Source: an uncultured bacterium (GTDB taxonomy: Bacteria; Auribacterota; Erginobacteria; Erginobacterales; Erginobacteraceae). Taken from it: 64,000 bases of DNA. Positions 50,947 to 60,830 of this stretch are shown in pieces. Every line of letters begins with the position of its first letter. The first letter of the stretch is position 1. The stretch is taken from positions 224,001 through 288,000 of the forward strand of contig CAWGIE010000026.1 of NCBI GenBank assembly GCA_963822585.1, in the 5' to 3' direction. The notes beneath the pieces are model-generated. The model saw only the letters and a program-made list of their open reading frames with translations, did no database searches and had not been told where the DNA came from. Position numbers and translations under genes: made by a program.

Positions 50947-51789
50947 ATGAATTTCGAAAATTTTCGGATCCTGGTCCAACAAGCTCTGGCTGAAGATATC
51001 GGGGCCGGTGATATTACCACCACGGCCCTGATACCCGCCGACGCGCGTGTCCATGCTCTCATTATCGCCCGGCAGAAACTGGTTGTGGCCGGGCTCCCTC
51101 TGGCCGAGATGGTCTTCACTGAACTCGATCCGACGCTCATCATTCACAGAGAAACCGGCGAGGGAGATACCGTGGAGGACGGCACTATCCTGATGCATGT
51201 TGAAGGAAGAGCGCGGCCGATTTTGACCGGAGAGAGAACCGCTCTTAATTTTCTCCAGCATCTTTGCGGGATCGCCACCTATACGGCCCGTTTCGTCTCC
51301 GCGGTCAAAGAACGGCAGACCGTGATTCTTGATACGCGGAAAACAATCCCCGGTTTCCGCAAGCTCCAGAAATACGCGGTTCAGATGGGAGGGGGCAGGA
51401 ATCACCGCTTCGGACTCTATGATTCCATTCTCATCAAGGATAATCACCTGGCAGTGGTTGCCGGCGGCGGCGAAGGAAGGATCAGTCGAGCCGCCAGATT
51501 AAGCCGGGATGCTTTTCCCCGTCACGAAGTCGAGATTGAAGTGGAGACCATGGAGGAGGTGCGGGAGGCACTGGATGCCGGGGCGGAAGCGATCCTGCTC
51601 GATAATTTTTCCCCGGAAGAGCTCTCGGAGGCGGTGGAACTGGCCCGCGGGAAGGCGCGGCTGGAAGCGTCGGGAGGGATTGATCTGCAGTCAATTTCCG
51701 CCGTGGCGGCATCGGGGATAGACAGTATCTCGCTGGGATGCCTTACCCATTCCGCCCCGGGCGCCGATATCGCCCTCGACCTGGAATGA
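50947..51789 (+). CDS. nadC: Quinolinate phosphoribosyltransferase
   Basis: ERTALN, DTRKT, HRFGL, IKDNH, EASGG. Confidence 0.96.
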   Translation: MNFENFRILVQQALAEDIGAGDITTTALIPADARVHALIIARQKLVVAGLPLAEMVFTELDPTLIIHRETGEGDTVEDGTILMHVEGRARPILTGERTALNFLQHLCGIATYTARFVSAVKERQTVILDTRKTIPGFRKLQKYAVQMGGGRNHRFGLYDSILIKDNHLAVVAGGGEGRISRAARLSRDAFPRHEVEIEVETMEEVREALDAGAEAILLDNFSPEELSEAVELARGKARLEASGGIDLQSISAVAASGIDSISLGCLTHSAPGADIALDLE

Positions 51790-52580
51790 AAGGCGCCCCT
51801 GAAAGCATTCTCACTCTTGACCTGGGCAATACCTCCCTCACCGCCGGAGTTTGGAATAAAGGATCGCTCGTCGACTCCTGGTCGTCGCCTTTCCGGGAAA
51901 TGTCCCTGCGGAAAAGACTGGCCTCCCTCCGGCAGGCCGGGGGGATTGACGGGGCGATCCTGGCCTCTGTTGTCCCGGGACGGAACCAGGCACTTCTTGC
52001 CGCCTGCCGGGACGTTCTGGGCCTCAAATGCCTGGTCCTTGACTCGAAGACTCCGACCGGACTCAAGATCTGTTATCGTAAACCGGGACAGGTGGGCGCG
52101 GACCGGATCGCCAACGCGGTGGGGGCGTTTCACCGATACGGCGCCCCTCTGATCGTGATTGATTTCGGCACGGCCATAACCTTCGATGTCGTTTCCCGGA
52201 AATTCGAGTACCTGGGCGGGGTCATCGCCCCCGGACTGGGGATCTCCACTCAGGCGCTTTTCCGAAAGGCCGCGCTCCTTCCCAAGGTGGAGATCAGCCG
52301 CCCCCAGAATATTCTCGGCCAAGAAACCTCGGATGCCATCCGGGCGGGGGTTTTCTGGGGGACCCTGGGTCTGGTGGAACGGATACTGAAGGAGCTGAAG
52401 AAGGAACTCGGATGGGGGAAGGAGACCAGGCTGGTGGCGACCGGGGGCCACGCGCGGCTTATCCTTGGCAGATCCCGGCTGATTAAACACATCGATCCCC
52501 ATCTGACCCTCCGCGGCCTTTACCTGATCATTCAAAAGATAACCACCAAGACACAAAGACACGGAGAAAATAAAAAATAA
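51786..52580 (+). CDS. coaX: Type III pantothenate kinase
   Basis: DLGNT, GADR, DFGTAITFD, ATGG; ATGA overlap with nadC. Confidence 0.94.
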   Translation: MKGAPESILTLDLGNTSLTAGVWNKGSLVDSWSSPFREMSLRKRLASLRQAGGIDGAILASVVPGRNQALLAACRDVLGLKCLVLDSKTPTGLKICYRKPGQVGADRIANAVGAFHRYGAPLIVIDFGTAITFDVVSRKFEYLGGVIAPGLGISTQALFRKAALLPKVEISRPQNILGQETSDAIRAGVFWGTLGLVERILKELKKELGWGKETRLVATGGHARLILGRSRLIKHIDPHLTLRGLYLIIQKITTKTQRHGENKK

Positions 52581-52877
52581 AAGCACGTTCGGGTTAAAAG
52601 GTTGCGGTTGTCCCTCAGATCCTGAGATCTTTCGGGATCGAAGGACGCGGCTCGAATCGGCTGCGGGGAACGGTTGCGGAACCAAGCCGCCCGCAACCCT
52701 ATCCCGTTCAACGTTTCGAGCAGCGCAACCGTTCAACGATAGCCGTTTTATTAATGTATCGAAATTCCGAAGAAGGAACTTATGCTGCGTACCGTGGCGA
52801 AGGTTGTAGAGATTAATCACTCCCTGATTTTTTATCTTCCCTAATCAATCCCCCTTAGTGTCTTGGTGTCTTGGTGG
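52543..52877. repeat. CACCAAGA 8-mer inverted-arm element between coaX and mnmA
   Basis: CCACCAAGACACAAAGACACGGAG ... CTTAGTGTCTTGGTGTCTTGGTGG. Confidence 0.8.
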
Positions 52878-53941
52878 CAAAAAACTTAAAGATAGGCGTG
52901 GCTCTCAGCGGGGGCAAGGACAGCAGCCTGGCCGCGGCGCTCCTGCAGAGGGATACTCACCAGGTGATCGGCTATCACCTGCTCCTTTGCCCCGAAGAAT
53001 ACGCTTCCATCCCCATCGCAGAACAGCTGGCCTCCGTCAGGAGGGTCTGCGGGATGCTGGGGATCGGATTGGAGGTGATCGATGCCCGGGATGACTTCCG
53101 CCGTGAAGTCATGGATCCCTTCGTGACCGCTTACCGGGAGGGAAAAACTCCCAATCCCTGCGTTTTCTGCAACCGCATCTTCAAATTCGGGGTGCTCCTC
53201 GATGCTGCCTTACGGGACGGTTGCGATTACCTGGCCAGCGGCCATTATGCCCGGATTTCCCCGGAGCCTCATCCCCGGTTGAAAAAACCGATCGGAGCCG
53301 GCAGGGATGAATCATACTTTCTCTTTGAACTGCCGTCCGACCGCCTGAAATACCTGCTGTTTCCTCTGGGGGAACTGATGTCCGATGAGATCAGACGGCT
53401 CTCGGGAGAACTGCTGTCCGGATATGTTCCCCTTCCCGTGAGTCAGGAGGCTTGCTTCCTCACCGTCCCGGGATTAAAGAGCTTTCTCCGGAAGAACCTC
53501 CCGGGACCCGGCGAACCGGGCGAGATAATCGACACCCGCGGGAACACGCTCGGTGAACACCCGGGATACCATTTCTACACCGTGGGACAGCGGAAAGGCC
53601 TGAGTTCGGCTTCGGGCAGGAAGGGACCGCTTTATGTTCTGCGGATAATCCCGAACAGAAACCAGGTAGTAGTGGGGGATAAAGACGACCTTCTTTCCTC
53701 CCGATTACGGGCCATCGGGACCAACTGGCTCTCCATACCCCCGCCTTTGGAAGCCATTACGGCCACAACAAAGATACGATACAGCCATCCGGGAGAAGAG
53801 GCGCTGATCGTCCCCCGGCCGGACGGACGGCTGGATATCGAATTTTCCACGCCTCAGGAGGCCCCGACGCCGGGACAGGCGGTGGTTTTCTATCAAGAGG
53901 ATACCCTGCTGGGAGGTGCGTGGATAGAGGAGACGCTTTAA
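52874..53941 (+). CDS. mnmA: tRNA 2-thiouridylase
   Basis: SGGKDS, TPNPCVFCN, SGHYA, TVGQRKGL, TPGQAVVFY; start codon uncertain. Confidence 0.93.
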   Translation: MAKNLKIGVALSGGKDSSLAAALLQRDTHQVIGYHLLLCPEEYASIPIAEQLASVRRVCGMLGIGLEVIDARDDFRREVMDPFVTAYREGKTPNPCVFCNRIFKFGVLLDAALRDGCDYLASGHYARISPEPHPRLKKPIGAGRDESYFLFELPSDRLKYLLFPLGELMSDEIRRLSGELLSGYVPLPVSQEACFLTVPGLKSFLRKNLPGPGEPGEIIDTRGNTLGEHPGYHFYTVGQRKGLSSASGRKGPLYVLRIIPNRNQVVVGDKDDLLSSRLRAIGTNWLSIPPPLEAITATTKIRYSHPGEEALIVPRPDGRLDIEFSTPQEAPTPGQAVVFYQEDTLLGGAWIEETL

Positions 53942-53998
53942 ACGGAGAAAAAACAACTCAGATCAGAGGTGCGTCACACCCATTGTCTATACATGCAG

Positions 53999-54105
53999 GG
54001 AGTGGTGGAGTGATGGAGTACTGGAGTGGTGGGTTGCCGGGGACCGGGAAAGACGGTCAGCCGAGCCATTCCAATACTCCAGTACTCCACTATTCCATTA
54101 CTCCA
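53999..54105. repeat. TGGAGTNN 8-mer inverted-arm element
   Basis: GGAGTGGTGGAGTGATGGAGTACTGG ... CCAATACTCCAGTACTCCACTATTCCATTACTCCA. Confidence 0.85.
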
Positions 54106-54148
54106 TTTTGAATTACCACAGACGTACTTCTATAAAACACCCTGGTTA

Positions 54149-54571
54149 TTATCTCGGGAATCTCTGTTTCCAGGGTTGTCCTCCCTCATACGCCCGCCAA
54201 TGACCGTCGTGCCACCGCCCTCCCTGCCAGCAGGGATCGGTCCAGATATAACCGGGCCGGACGGTTGGACGCCAGAAGCCTTCCACCCAGATGACACCAT
54301 TCCAGTACCCGGGAGCCCAGGCCCGGCCTTCGGGCGAGGAGCCGGGAACCGGGTTCCAATGTCCCGGTATCCAGTTTCCCTCTCCGTCGTCCTTGCCTTC
54401 CACCCAGTAATAACCCATTTTAAAGGGGGGGCGCCAGTAACCCGGGATAACGGTCCCGTTGGAGAGGGTGTGCGGCGCCACCCAGACATCACCCGGATTC
54501 TGCTGCGCTTCGATGGTCAATACTCCGATAAACAGTAGCAACAGAGATAAAAGTATGCTGAATCCCTTCAT
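54149..54571 (-). CDS. Secreted WxxGxW (YXWGXW) repeat protein
   Basis: Signal peptide; WIPGHW, WAPGYW, WVEGFW, WHDGHW. Confidence 0.8.
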   Translation of the reverse strand: MKGFSILLSLLLLFIGVLTIEAQQNPGDVWVAPHTLSNGTVIPGYWRPPFKMGYYWVEGKDDGEGNWIPGHWNPVPGSSPEGRAWAPGYWNGVIWVEGFWRPTVRPGYIWTDPCWQGGRWHDGHWRAYEGGQPWKQRFPR

Positions 54572-54766
54572 ATCCTGCCTCCTGAAGATGGGTTATGAAC
54601 GCCGGCGAATTTTTTTTATTCGGAATAAAAACGGCCGCTGATACGACTGTCTAAGTGTATTATATCACATCCGGTATCGGCTACCTATCGGGGAAGGGCC
54701 GTTTTTATCCCGGGGGAGTGAAGTCTGATTTGACAGGTTCTTCGGGAAAGATATACTAAGGAAAAT

Positions 54767-55249
54767 ATGCGGACTGATAACAAAAAGGCGGTGCGGGAAC
54801 TGGGCAAGCTGCTCCTGGCGAGGAAATGGACGCTGGCGGCGGCCGAATCCTGCACGGGGGGATTGCTGGGCGACATGATCACGGATCAGCCCGGCAGTTC
54901 GGCTTTTTTCCGGGGGGGGATAACAGCTTATTCCAACCGGGTGAAAAGACGGATCCTCGGCGTCCCGGCGGATATTCTGGAAGGAGAGGGGGCGGTCAGC
55001 CCCGGGACCGCCCGGTCCATGGCCCGGGCGGTGAGGAAGCTTCTGGACGCCACGGTCGGTGTCGGGATCAGCGGGATCGCCGGGCCGGGCGGGGGGAGTC
55101 CGGTAAAGCCGGTGGGACTGGTGTATGTGGCGGTAGTTACACCGAAACAAGAATCAGTGAAAAAGTACCACCTTCACGGCACCCGAAGACAAATAAAAGT
55201 CCAGGCGGCCGGAAAAGCACTGGCTTTACTTCTCCGAAATGTACGATGA
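54767..55249 (+). CDS. CinA C-terminal/PncC NMN deamidase
   Basis: AESCTGG, GAVS, SGIAGPGGG, KPVGLV. Confidence 0.92.
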   Translation: MRTDNKKAVRELGKLLLARKWTLAAAESCTGGLLGDMITDQPGSSAFFRGGITAYSNRVKRRILGVPADILEGEGAVSPGTARSMARAVRKLLDATVGVGISGIAGPGGGSPVKPVGLVYVAVVTPKQESVKKYHLHGTRRQIKVQAAGKALALLLRNVR

Positions 55250-55842
55250 AGAACCTGCGTTTATTCATCGCCGTTGAGCTGCCGTCAATCTGGCAACAAA
55301 GGATCTCCCTTGCCATCCGGACGCTGGCCGCCCGTCACCCGGGCGGGCGGTGGACACCGTCTGAAAATATTCATCTCACGCTGAAATTCCTGGGAGACAC
55401 CGCCCCCGAGCAGGTGGCTGATATTCAGAACGTTCTCGACGCGGAAGCCGGACAACACCTGCCGATAGTTGTCCGGGTGGGAGAATTCGGGGTTTTCCCC
55501 AACCTGAACAAACCTCGTGTCATCTGGCTCGGTTTGACGGGGAAGGGTACCGAATTAGCCGGCCTGGTGAAGGATCTGGACGGGGATCTGGCAAACCGGG
55601 GATTTGATCCCGAAAAAAGAGAATTCACCCCTCATCTGACATTGGGGCGGCTGAACAAAGCGGCGGGAAGTCTTAACCTGGCTGAATCCCTCTCCGCGGA
55701 GAATAGAAAGATACCGGAGACTCTGGAATCACTTGGTCCCCTGAATATCAATATGATAGTATTGATGCAAAGTACTCTTACCCCCCGGGGAGCGGTCTAT
55801 CGGGTTCTTTCCCGGCATGGTGTTAACCCGACTCATTCATAA
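55246..55842 (+). CDS. thpR: RNA 2',3'-cyclic phosphodiesterase
   Basis: RLFIA, HLTLKFLG, PHLTLGR (2H motifs). Confidence 0.92.
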   Translation: MKNLRLFIAVELPSIWQQRISLAIRTLAARHPGGRWTPSENIHLTLKFLGDTAPEQVADIQNVLDAEAGQHLPIVVRVGEFGVFPNLNKPRVIWLGLTGKGTELAGLVKDLDGDLANRGFDPEKREFTPHLTLGRLNKAAGSLNLAESLSAENRKIPETLESLGPLNINMIVLMQSTLTPRGAVYRVLSRHGVNPTHS

Positions 55843-56095
55843 TATTGTTAGGGGCTTACCGTTACGGATTGAGCTGTTGGACATGAACTAATTTAGACCA
55901 TCATCAATTTGTTTTAAGTTTAAAAAGTGAAAATTCACTCAATTAGCGGCGAAGCCGTTAATTTACTGCTTCGGAATTTCAAAACAGTATCGTGAAGTGC
56001 AGGGTAAAAGGGAAAAGGCTCCCTTACACTTTACACATTACACTTTACACTACAAGTTGCGCCGGAGGCGCTAACTTGCTATAAAGGAGGGCATC

Positions 56096-57139
56096 ATGAC
56101 CAAAGACGCCAAATCGACCAAGGACACCGCGGCGGCGGTGGCGGAAGGGAAGAAAAAAGCGTTGAGCCTGGCGCTGGAACAGGTTGAGAAGCAATACGGC
56201 AAAGGGGCGATTATGCAGCTGGGGCAACAGGCGGCCAATGTTAAAATCGCGCATATACCGACCGGCGCCCTGACACTGGATATCGCGCTGGGGATCGGCG
56301 GTCTGCCTCGGGGACGGGTGGTGGAGATCTATGGAGCCGAAGCGTCGGGGAAGACGACGCTCGCCCTGCAGGCGGTAGCGAATGTCCAAAAAGTCGGCGG
56401 CGTGGCCGCTTACATTGATGTCGAACATGCCATCGATCCGGCCTACTCGAAAATCATCGGTGTCAACCTGGACGAACTCCTGATCTCACAGCCCGATTCC
56501 GGGGAGGCCGCGCTCAACATCGCCGAAACACTGGTCCGGAGTAACGCGGTGGACCTGATCGTGATTGATTCCGTGGCCGCCCTGGTTCCCCGGGCGGAGA
56601 TCGAAGGGGAGATCGGCGATACTCACGTCGGTCTGCAGGCCAGGATGATGTCTCAGGCCCTGCGGAAACTGACCTCGGCCATCAGCAAGTCGAAGACCTG
56701 CTGCATTTTCATCAACCAGATCCGGATGAAGATCGGGGTTATGTTCGGAAGCCCGGAGACCACGCCGGGCGGCCGTGCGCTCAAATTCTACGCTTCGGTT
56801 CGGATCAACATGAGGAGAACCGGCTACATCAAGGACAGTGCCGGGGAAGCGATCGGGAGCCGGACCAAAGCCAAGATAGTCAAGAACAAGGTTGCCCCAC
56901 CCTTCCGGGAAGCGGAGTTCGATATCATGTATAACGAGGGAATCTCCTGGGCCGGTTCCATCATCGACCTCGGCACGACCACCGGGGTCATCGAAAAGAA
57001 AGGCACTTCCCTGAACTTTAAGGGGATGAGCCTGGGGCGAGGCCGGGAAAAGGCCCGCGATTTATTAAAGGAAGACAAGAAGCTGGCGGACCAGATCGTC
57101 GCCGAAATTAGAAAAGTTTTGTTGGAAAAAGCCAAATAG
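56096..57139 (+). CDS. recA: Recombinase A
   Basis: [30 protein letters not shown]. Confidence 0.98.
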   Translation: MTKDAKSTKDTAAAVAEGKKKALSLALEQVEKQYGKGAIMQLGQQAANVKIAHIPTGALTLDIALGIGGLPRGRVVEIYGAEASGKTTLALQAVANVQKVGGVAAYIDVEHAIDPAYSKIIGVNLDELLISQPDSGEAALNIAETLVRSNAVDLIVIDSVAALVPRAEIEGEIGDTHVGLQARMMSQALRKLTSAISKSKTCCIFINQIRMKIGVMFGSPETTPGGRALKFYASVRINMRRTGYIKDSAGEAIGSRTKAKIVKNKVAPPFREAEFDIMYNEGISWAGSIIDLGTTTGVIEKKGTSLNFKGMSLGRGREKARDLLKEDKKLADQIVAEIRKVLLEKAK

Positions 57140-57174
57140 CGGTGTTTCCCTCTGGTAATATAGAAAACGTTTTA

Positions 57175-57277
57175 TTAACCACGAAGAACACGAAGATCAC
57201 GAAGGTTTCTATCGGCGGATTACACATGGTCCTCTCTATTAAAAGAACTTCGTGTTCTTCGTGTCCTTCGTGGTTAA
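57175..57277. repeat. CACGAAG 9-mer inverted-arm element
   Basis: TTAACCACGAAGAACACGAAGATCACGAAG ... CTTCGTGTTCTTCGTGTCCTTCGTGGTTAA. Confidence 0.88.
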
Positions 57278-57299
57278 TCTGATTATCAACTGTGTTTCC

Positions 57300-57788
57300 A
57301 TGAGGAAAGAGGAAGAGTATCAGAAGGCGTGGGAGAGCGCTCTCCGGCTCCTGAATTATCGGGAACGGAGCGTAAAAGAGCTCATCGACCGGTTGGCGGC
57401 CAAACGGTTTTCACCGGAGGTCATCTCGGCAATCGTCGAGAAGCTGCGTAAACTGGAACTGCTCGACGATGAGAAGTTCGCCCGGCTCTGGGTCCGTTCC
57501 CGGTGGCAATTTAAGCCCCGGTCCGCCTGGCTGATTGCCCGGGAATTAAAGGAGAAGGGCATCGAGGCGGGGGTTGTCCGGAACGTTATCGCCCAAGAGA
57601 TGCCTCCCGAACGGGAGAAAACGGCCGCCCGCGAACTGGCGGAAAGAAGGATGCATTACTATCGTAACGAAGAACCGGCCGCGGCCCGGAGGAAGCTTTT
57701 CGCTTACCTGGCCCGGCGCGGTTTCCCTCCCGATCTAATCTGGGAATGCGTCAACGAAGTCCTGTTACAGGCTGACGAACAATATTAA
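57300..57788 (+). CDS. recX: Regulatory protein RecX
   Basis: ALRLLNYRERS, LDDEKFA, LARRGF; follows recA. Confidence 0.92.
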   Translation: MRKEEEYQKAWESALRLLNYRERSVKELIDRLAAKRFSPEVISAIVEKLRKLELLDDEKFARLWVRSRWQFKPRSAWLIARELKEKGIEAGVVRNVIAQEMPPEREKTAARELAERRMHYYRNEEPAAARRKLFAYLARRGFPPDLIWECVNEVLLQADEQY

Positions 57789-57973
57789 CCACGAAGTACA
57801 CGAAAGCGACATTTGTTTTTTCATAAACGCAATCACGGTAAGATTTGCAATAGATGTAAATCATAACCCGCTACCGTTAGTAAGTTAATTCCTCGTTAGC
57901 TTCGAATAACTTATCCATTCTTCCTTTGAGCCGCCTCATAATATTCCTTCGTGTCCTTCGTGTCCTTCGTGGT
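57788..57973. repeat. CACGAAG 9-mer inverted-arm element
   Basis: ACCACGAAGTACACGAA ... CCTTCGTGTCCTTCGTGTCCTTCGTGGT. Confidence 0.8.
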
Positions 57974-58013
57974 ATTATTTCATGACCTACCGATAATGGG
58001 AGCTTGTTACGGC

Positions 58014-60665
58014 ATGAGATCTCAGGAGATACGGAAAAGCTTTCTTGATTTTTTCGCCCAGCGGGGGCACACCATCCGCCCCTCCGACAGCCTGATCCCC
58101 TCCGCCGATCCGACCCTGATCTTCACCTCGGCGGGGATGGTTCCCTTCAAGGCCCTCTGGACCGACGCCCCGCTCACTTTTACCCGGGCGGCCAGTGTCC
58201 AGAAATGCCTGCGCGTGGGGGGAAAGGATAGCGACCTCGAGAACGTGGGGAGGACGCTTCGACACCACAGCTTCTTCGAGATGCTGGGGAACTTCTCCTT
58301 CGGTGATTACTTCAAGCAGGAAGCCATCGCCTGGGCGTGGGAATTTGTCCTCGAGGTGATGAAACTCCCGAAGGAACAGCTCTGGATATCCATCTTCCGG
58401 GACGATGACGAGGCTTTCGGGATCTGGCGGAAGTTCATCGGGGTTCCGGCGGAAAAAATCGTCCGCCTGGGGGAGAAGGATAATTTCTGGGGTCCGGCCG
58501 GCATGGCCGGCCCGTGCGGACCTTGTTCGGAGATCTACTTTGACCGCGGGGTCGAATACGGTTGCGGCCGGGAGGAATGCCGTCCCGGCTGCGACTGCGA
58601 GCGTTATTTCGAGTTCTGGAACCTGGTCTTTCCCCAGTTTTACCAGGAAGAGTCGGGTCAGCGGCGGAGACTGGAAAGACGCGGAATAGATACCGGGATG
58701 GGCCTGGAGCGGCTGGCGCTTCTGGTCCAGGACGCCGTCAGCAATTACGACATCGACCTCTTCGCCCCTATTATTTCCGCGCTGAGTGAATACGCCCCCC
58801 CTCCGGATAACCGGATGGCCCGGGAGGCGTACCACGTGATCGCGGATCATATCCGCGCCCTGACCTTCGTCCTCTCCGAGAACGTGCTTCCTTCGAACGA
58901 GGGGAGAGGATATGTCATGCGGAGACTCCTGCGCCGGGCTGTCAGGTTCGGCCGCAAACTGGGCTTGAACGAACCGTTTCTGCACCGGCTGGTGCCGGCC
59001 GTGGTCGAGGCGATGAAAGAACCCTACCCGGAACTTCTGGAAAGCCGCGAACACGTGAGCCGGATCATCCTGGCCGAGGAGGAGAGGTTCGGCGCTACGC
59101 TGACCCAGGGTCTGGAGAAACTGGATGAAATAGCGGAAGGTCTTACGACGAAAGGCCTGGCAACGATCCCCGGAGCGGATGTCTTCAAGCTCTCCGACAC
59201 CTACGGATTCCCTCCCGAACTGACCGATGAAGTCGCCCGGGAGCAAGGGCTGGAAATAGACTGGCAGGAGTTCGAAAAGGCCCTGGAAGAGCAGCGGGAG
59301 CGCGGACGGATGGCCTGGAAGGGCTTGGCTGAACAGGAGATTCTTCCCGTCTATCATGAACTCCGGAAAAAATTCCCGCCCTGCGAATTCCAGGGATACG
59401 ATCGGCTGGCGCTCCGGGCGAGAATCCGGGCGGTCCTTTTCGAGGGGAAAGCAATCGAACGGGCGGAGCAGGGGGCCGAGGTCGAGGTGATCCTTGACCG
59501 GACGCCATTTTACTCCGAGGCGGGGGGGCAGCTCGGAGATACCGGAACGATCCAGACGGCGGACGGGACGATGGAAGTCGATAACACCGCCAGTCCTCTG
59601 GAGGGCCTGATCATCCATCGGGGACGGATCGAAGCCGGTCATATTATTCCGGGCGGGGAGGGGGATGAGAAAGCGGAAGCGCTGGTCGATCGAAAACGAA
59701 GGAAACAGATCGAGAGACACCATACCGCGACTCACCTTCTCCAGCAGGCGCTCCGGGAGATCGTGGGAGATCATATCGCCCAGGCCGGTTCCTTCGTGGG
59801 GCCTGACTACTTCCGTTTTGATTGCTCCCATTTCGAGAGGGTGCGGCCGGAGGACCTGGCCCGGGTGGAAGAAAGGGTGAATGAGATGATCTTGGAAGAC
59901 GCCCCGGTGAACATCTCCTATCTCTCCCTGGCGGCGGCGAAAAAACAGGGCGCCCTCGCCTTCTTCGGAGAAAAGTACGGGGAAACCGTGCGAATGGTCG
60001 AGGTGGGGGGATGCAGCCGGGAACTTTGCGGGGGTACCCATGTCAAACGGACGGGCGAGATCGGTCTCTTCAGTCTGCTGGGCGAGAGCTCAGTCGCTTC
60101 CGGCGTCCGCCGGATAGAAGCGGTCTGCGGTGAAAAAGCCTACCAACAATCGGTCCGGGTCCGGAATGTGCTGCGGGACGCCCTGGAACGGTTAAAGACG
60201 ACCCCCGAGGAACTCATCTCCCGGATAGAGAAACTTACCGGACGGATCAAGGTCCTGGAGAATGAGAAGAAAGAATTTTTAAAGAAACAGGCGGGTGGCG
60301 ATCTGGCAGAGCTGGTGGAACAGGCAGAGGTCGTCGGCGGCTGCAAAGTGGTCGTCGCCGATCTGGGAGAGATGGATATGGCCACGCTCCGCTCGCTCGC
60401 GGACGAACTTAAAAACAAGCTCGCTTCCGGAATTGCCGTTCTTGGCGCGGTCTCCGGCCCGAAAGTGCATTTGATTGCCGCCGTCACGCCCGATCTGGTC
60501 AAGAAAGGACTGCATGCCGGCAAGATCATCAAGGAGACGGCACGGCTGGCGGGAGGCAGCGGGGGAGGACGTCCCGACCTGGCCCAGGCGGGCGGAAAAG
60601 ATCCGGGGAAACTCAAGCAGGCGCTGGCCGCGGTCCCGGAAATAATCCGGGAGTTCCGGGAATAA
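58014..60665 (+). CDS. alaS: Alanine--tRNA ligase
   Basis: FEMLGNFSFGDYFK, IDTGMGLER, HTATH, ELCGGTH, GGGRPDLAQAGG. Confidence 0.98.
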   Translation: MRSQEIRKSFLDFFAQRGHTIRPSDSLIPSADPTLIFTSAGMVPFKALWTDAPLTFTRAASVQKCLRVGGKDSDLENVGRTLRHHSFFEMLGNFSFGDYFKQEAIAWAWEFVLEVMKLPKEQLWISIFRDDDEAFGIWRKFIGVPAEKIVRLGEKDNFWGPAGMAGPCGPCSEIYFDRGVEYGCGREECRPGCDCERYFEFWNLVFPQFYQEESGQRRRLERRGIDTGMGLERLALLVQDAVSNYDIDLFAPIISALSEYAPPPDNRMAREAYHVIADHIRALTFVLSENVLPSNEGRGYVMRRLLRRAVRFGRKLGLNEPFLHRLVPAVVEAMKEPYPELLESREHVSRIILAEEERFGATLTQGLEKLDEIAEGLTTKGLATIPGADVFKLSDTYGFPPELTDEVAREQGLEIDWQEFEKALEEQRERGRMAWKGLAEQEILPVYHELRKKFPPCEFQGYDRLALRARIRAVLFEGKAIERAEQGAEVEVILDRTPFYSEAGGQLGDTGTIQTADGTMEVDNTASPLEGLIIHRGRIEAGHIIPGGEGDEKAEALVDRKRRKQIERHHTATHLLQQALREIVGDHIAQAGSFVGPDYFRFDCSHFERVRPEDLARVEERVNEMILEDAPVNISYLSLAAAKKQGALAFFGEKYGETVRMVEVGGCSRELCGGTHVKRTGEIGLFSLLGESSVASGVRRIEAVCGEKAYQQSVRVRNVLRDALERLKTTPEELISRIEKLTGRIKVLENEKKEFLKKQAGGDLAELVEQAEVVGGCKVVVADLGEMDMATLRSLADELKNKLASGIAVLGAVSGPKVHLIAAVTPDLVKKGLHAGKIIKETARLAGGSGGGRPDLAQAGGKDPGKLKQALAAVPEIIREFRE

Positions 60666-60830
60666 TACCAGCCCGCAGCTAAGGATTAGCCCTTCCAGAA
60701 GTTCCTGCCCGCGGGGGGATTTCAGCCCTGATGTTGCTTTTCGGGGGGCCCCGATTATATCCGGCGGGGGAATCCCGAGAACCTTCCTCCTGGGGCAGGC
60801 ACGCTTTCCTACGGGAGTCCGGGCGGAGGG

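Noticed and set aside
57987..60041. 684-aa antisense ORF and many other long overlapping ORFs (46705-47787, 51522-52820, 45037-46245, 4189-5118)
   Set aside because: Shadow frames of well-supported GC-rich genes with no recognisable motifs
60666..60830. Structured ncRNA (6S/SRP-like) between alaS and the GT2 gene
   Set aside because: GC-rich pairing (CCTGCCC/GGGCAGG) is possible but there is no diagnostic motif; the same holds for 42085-42240
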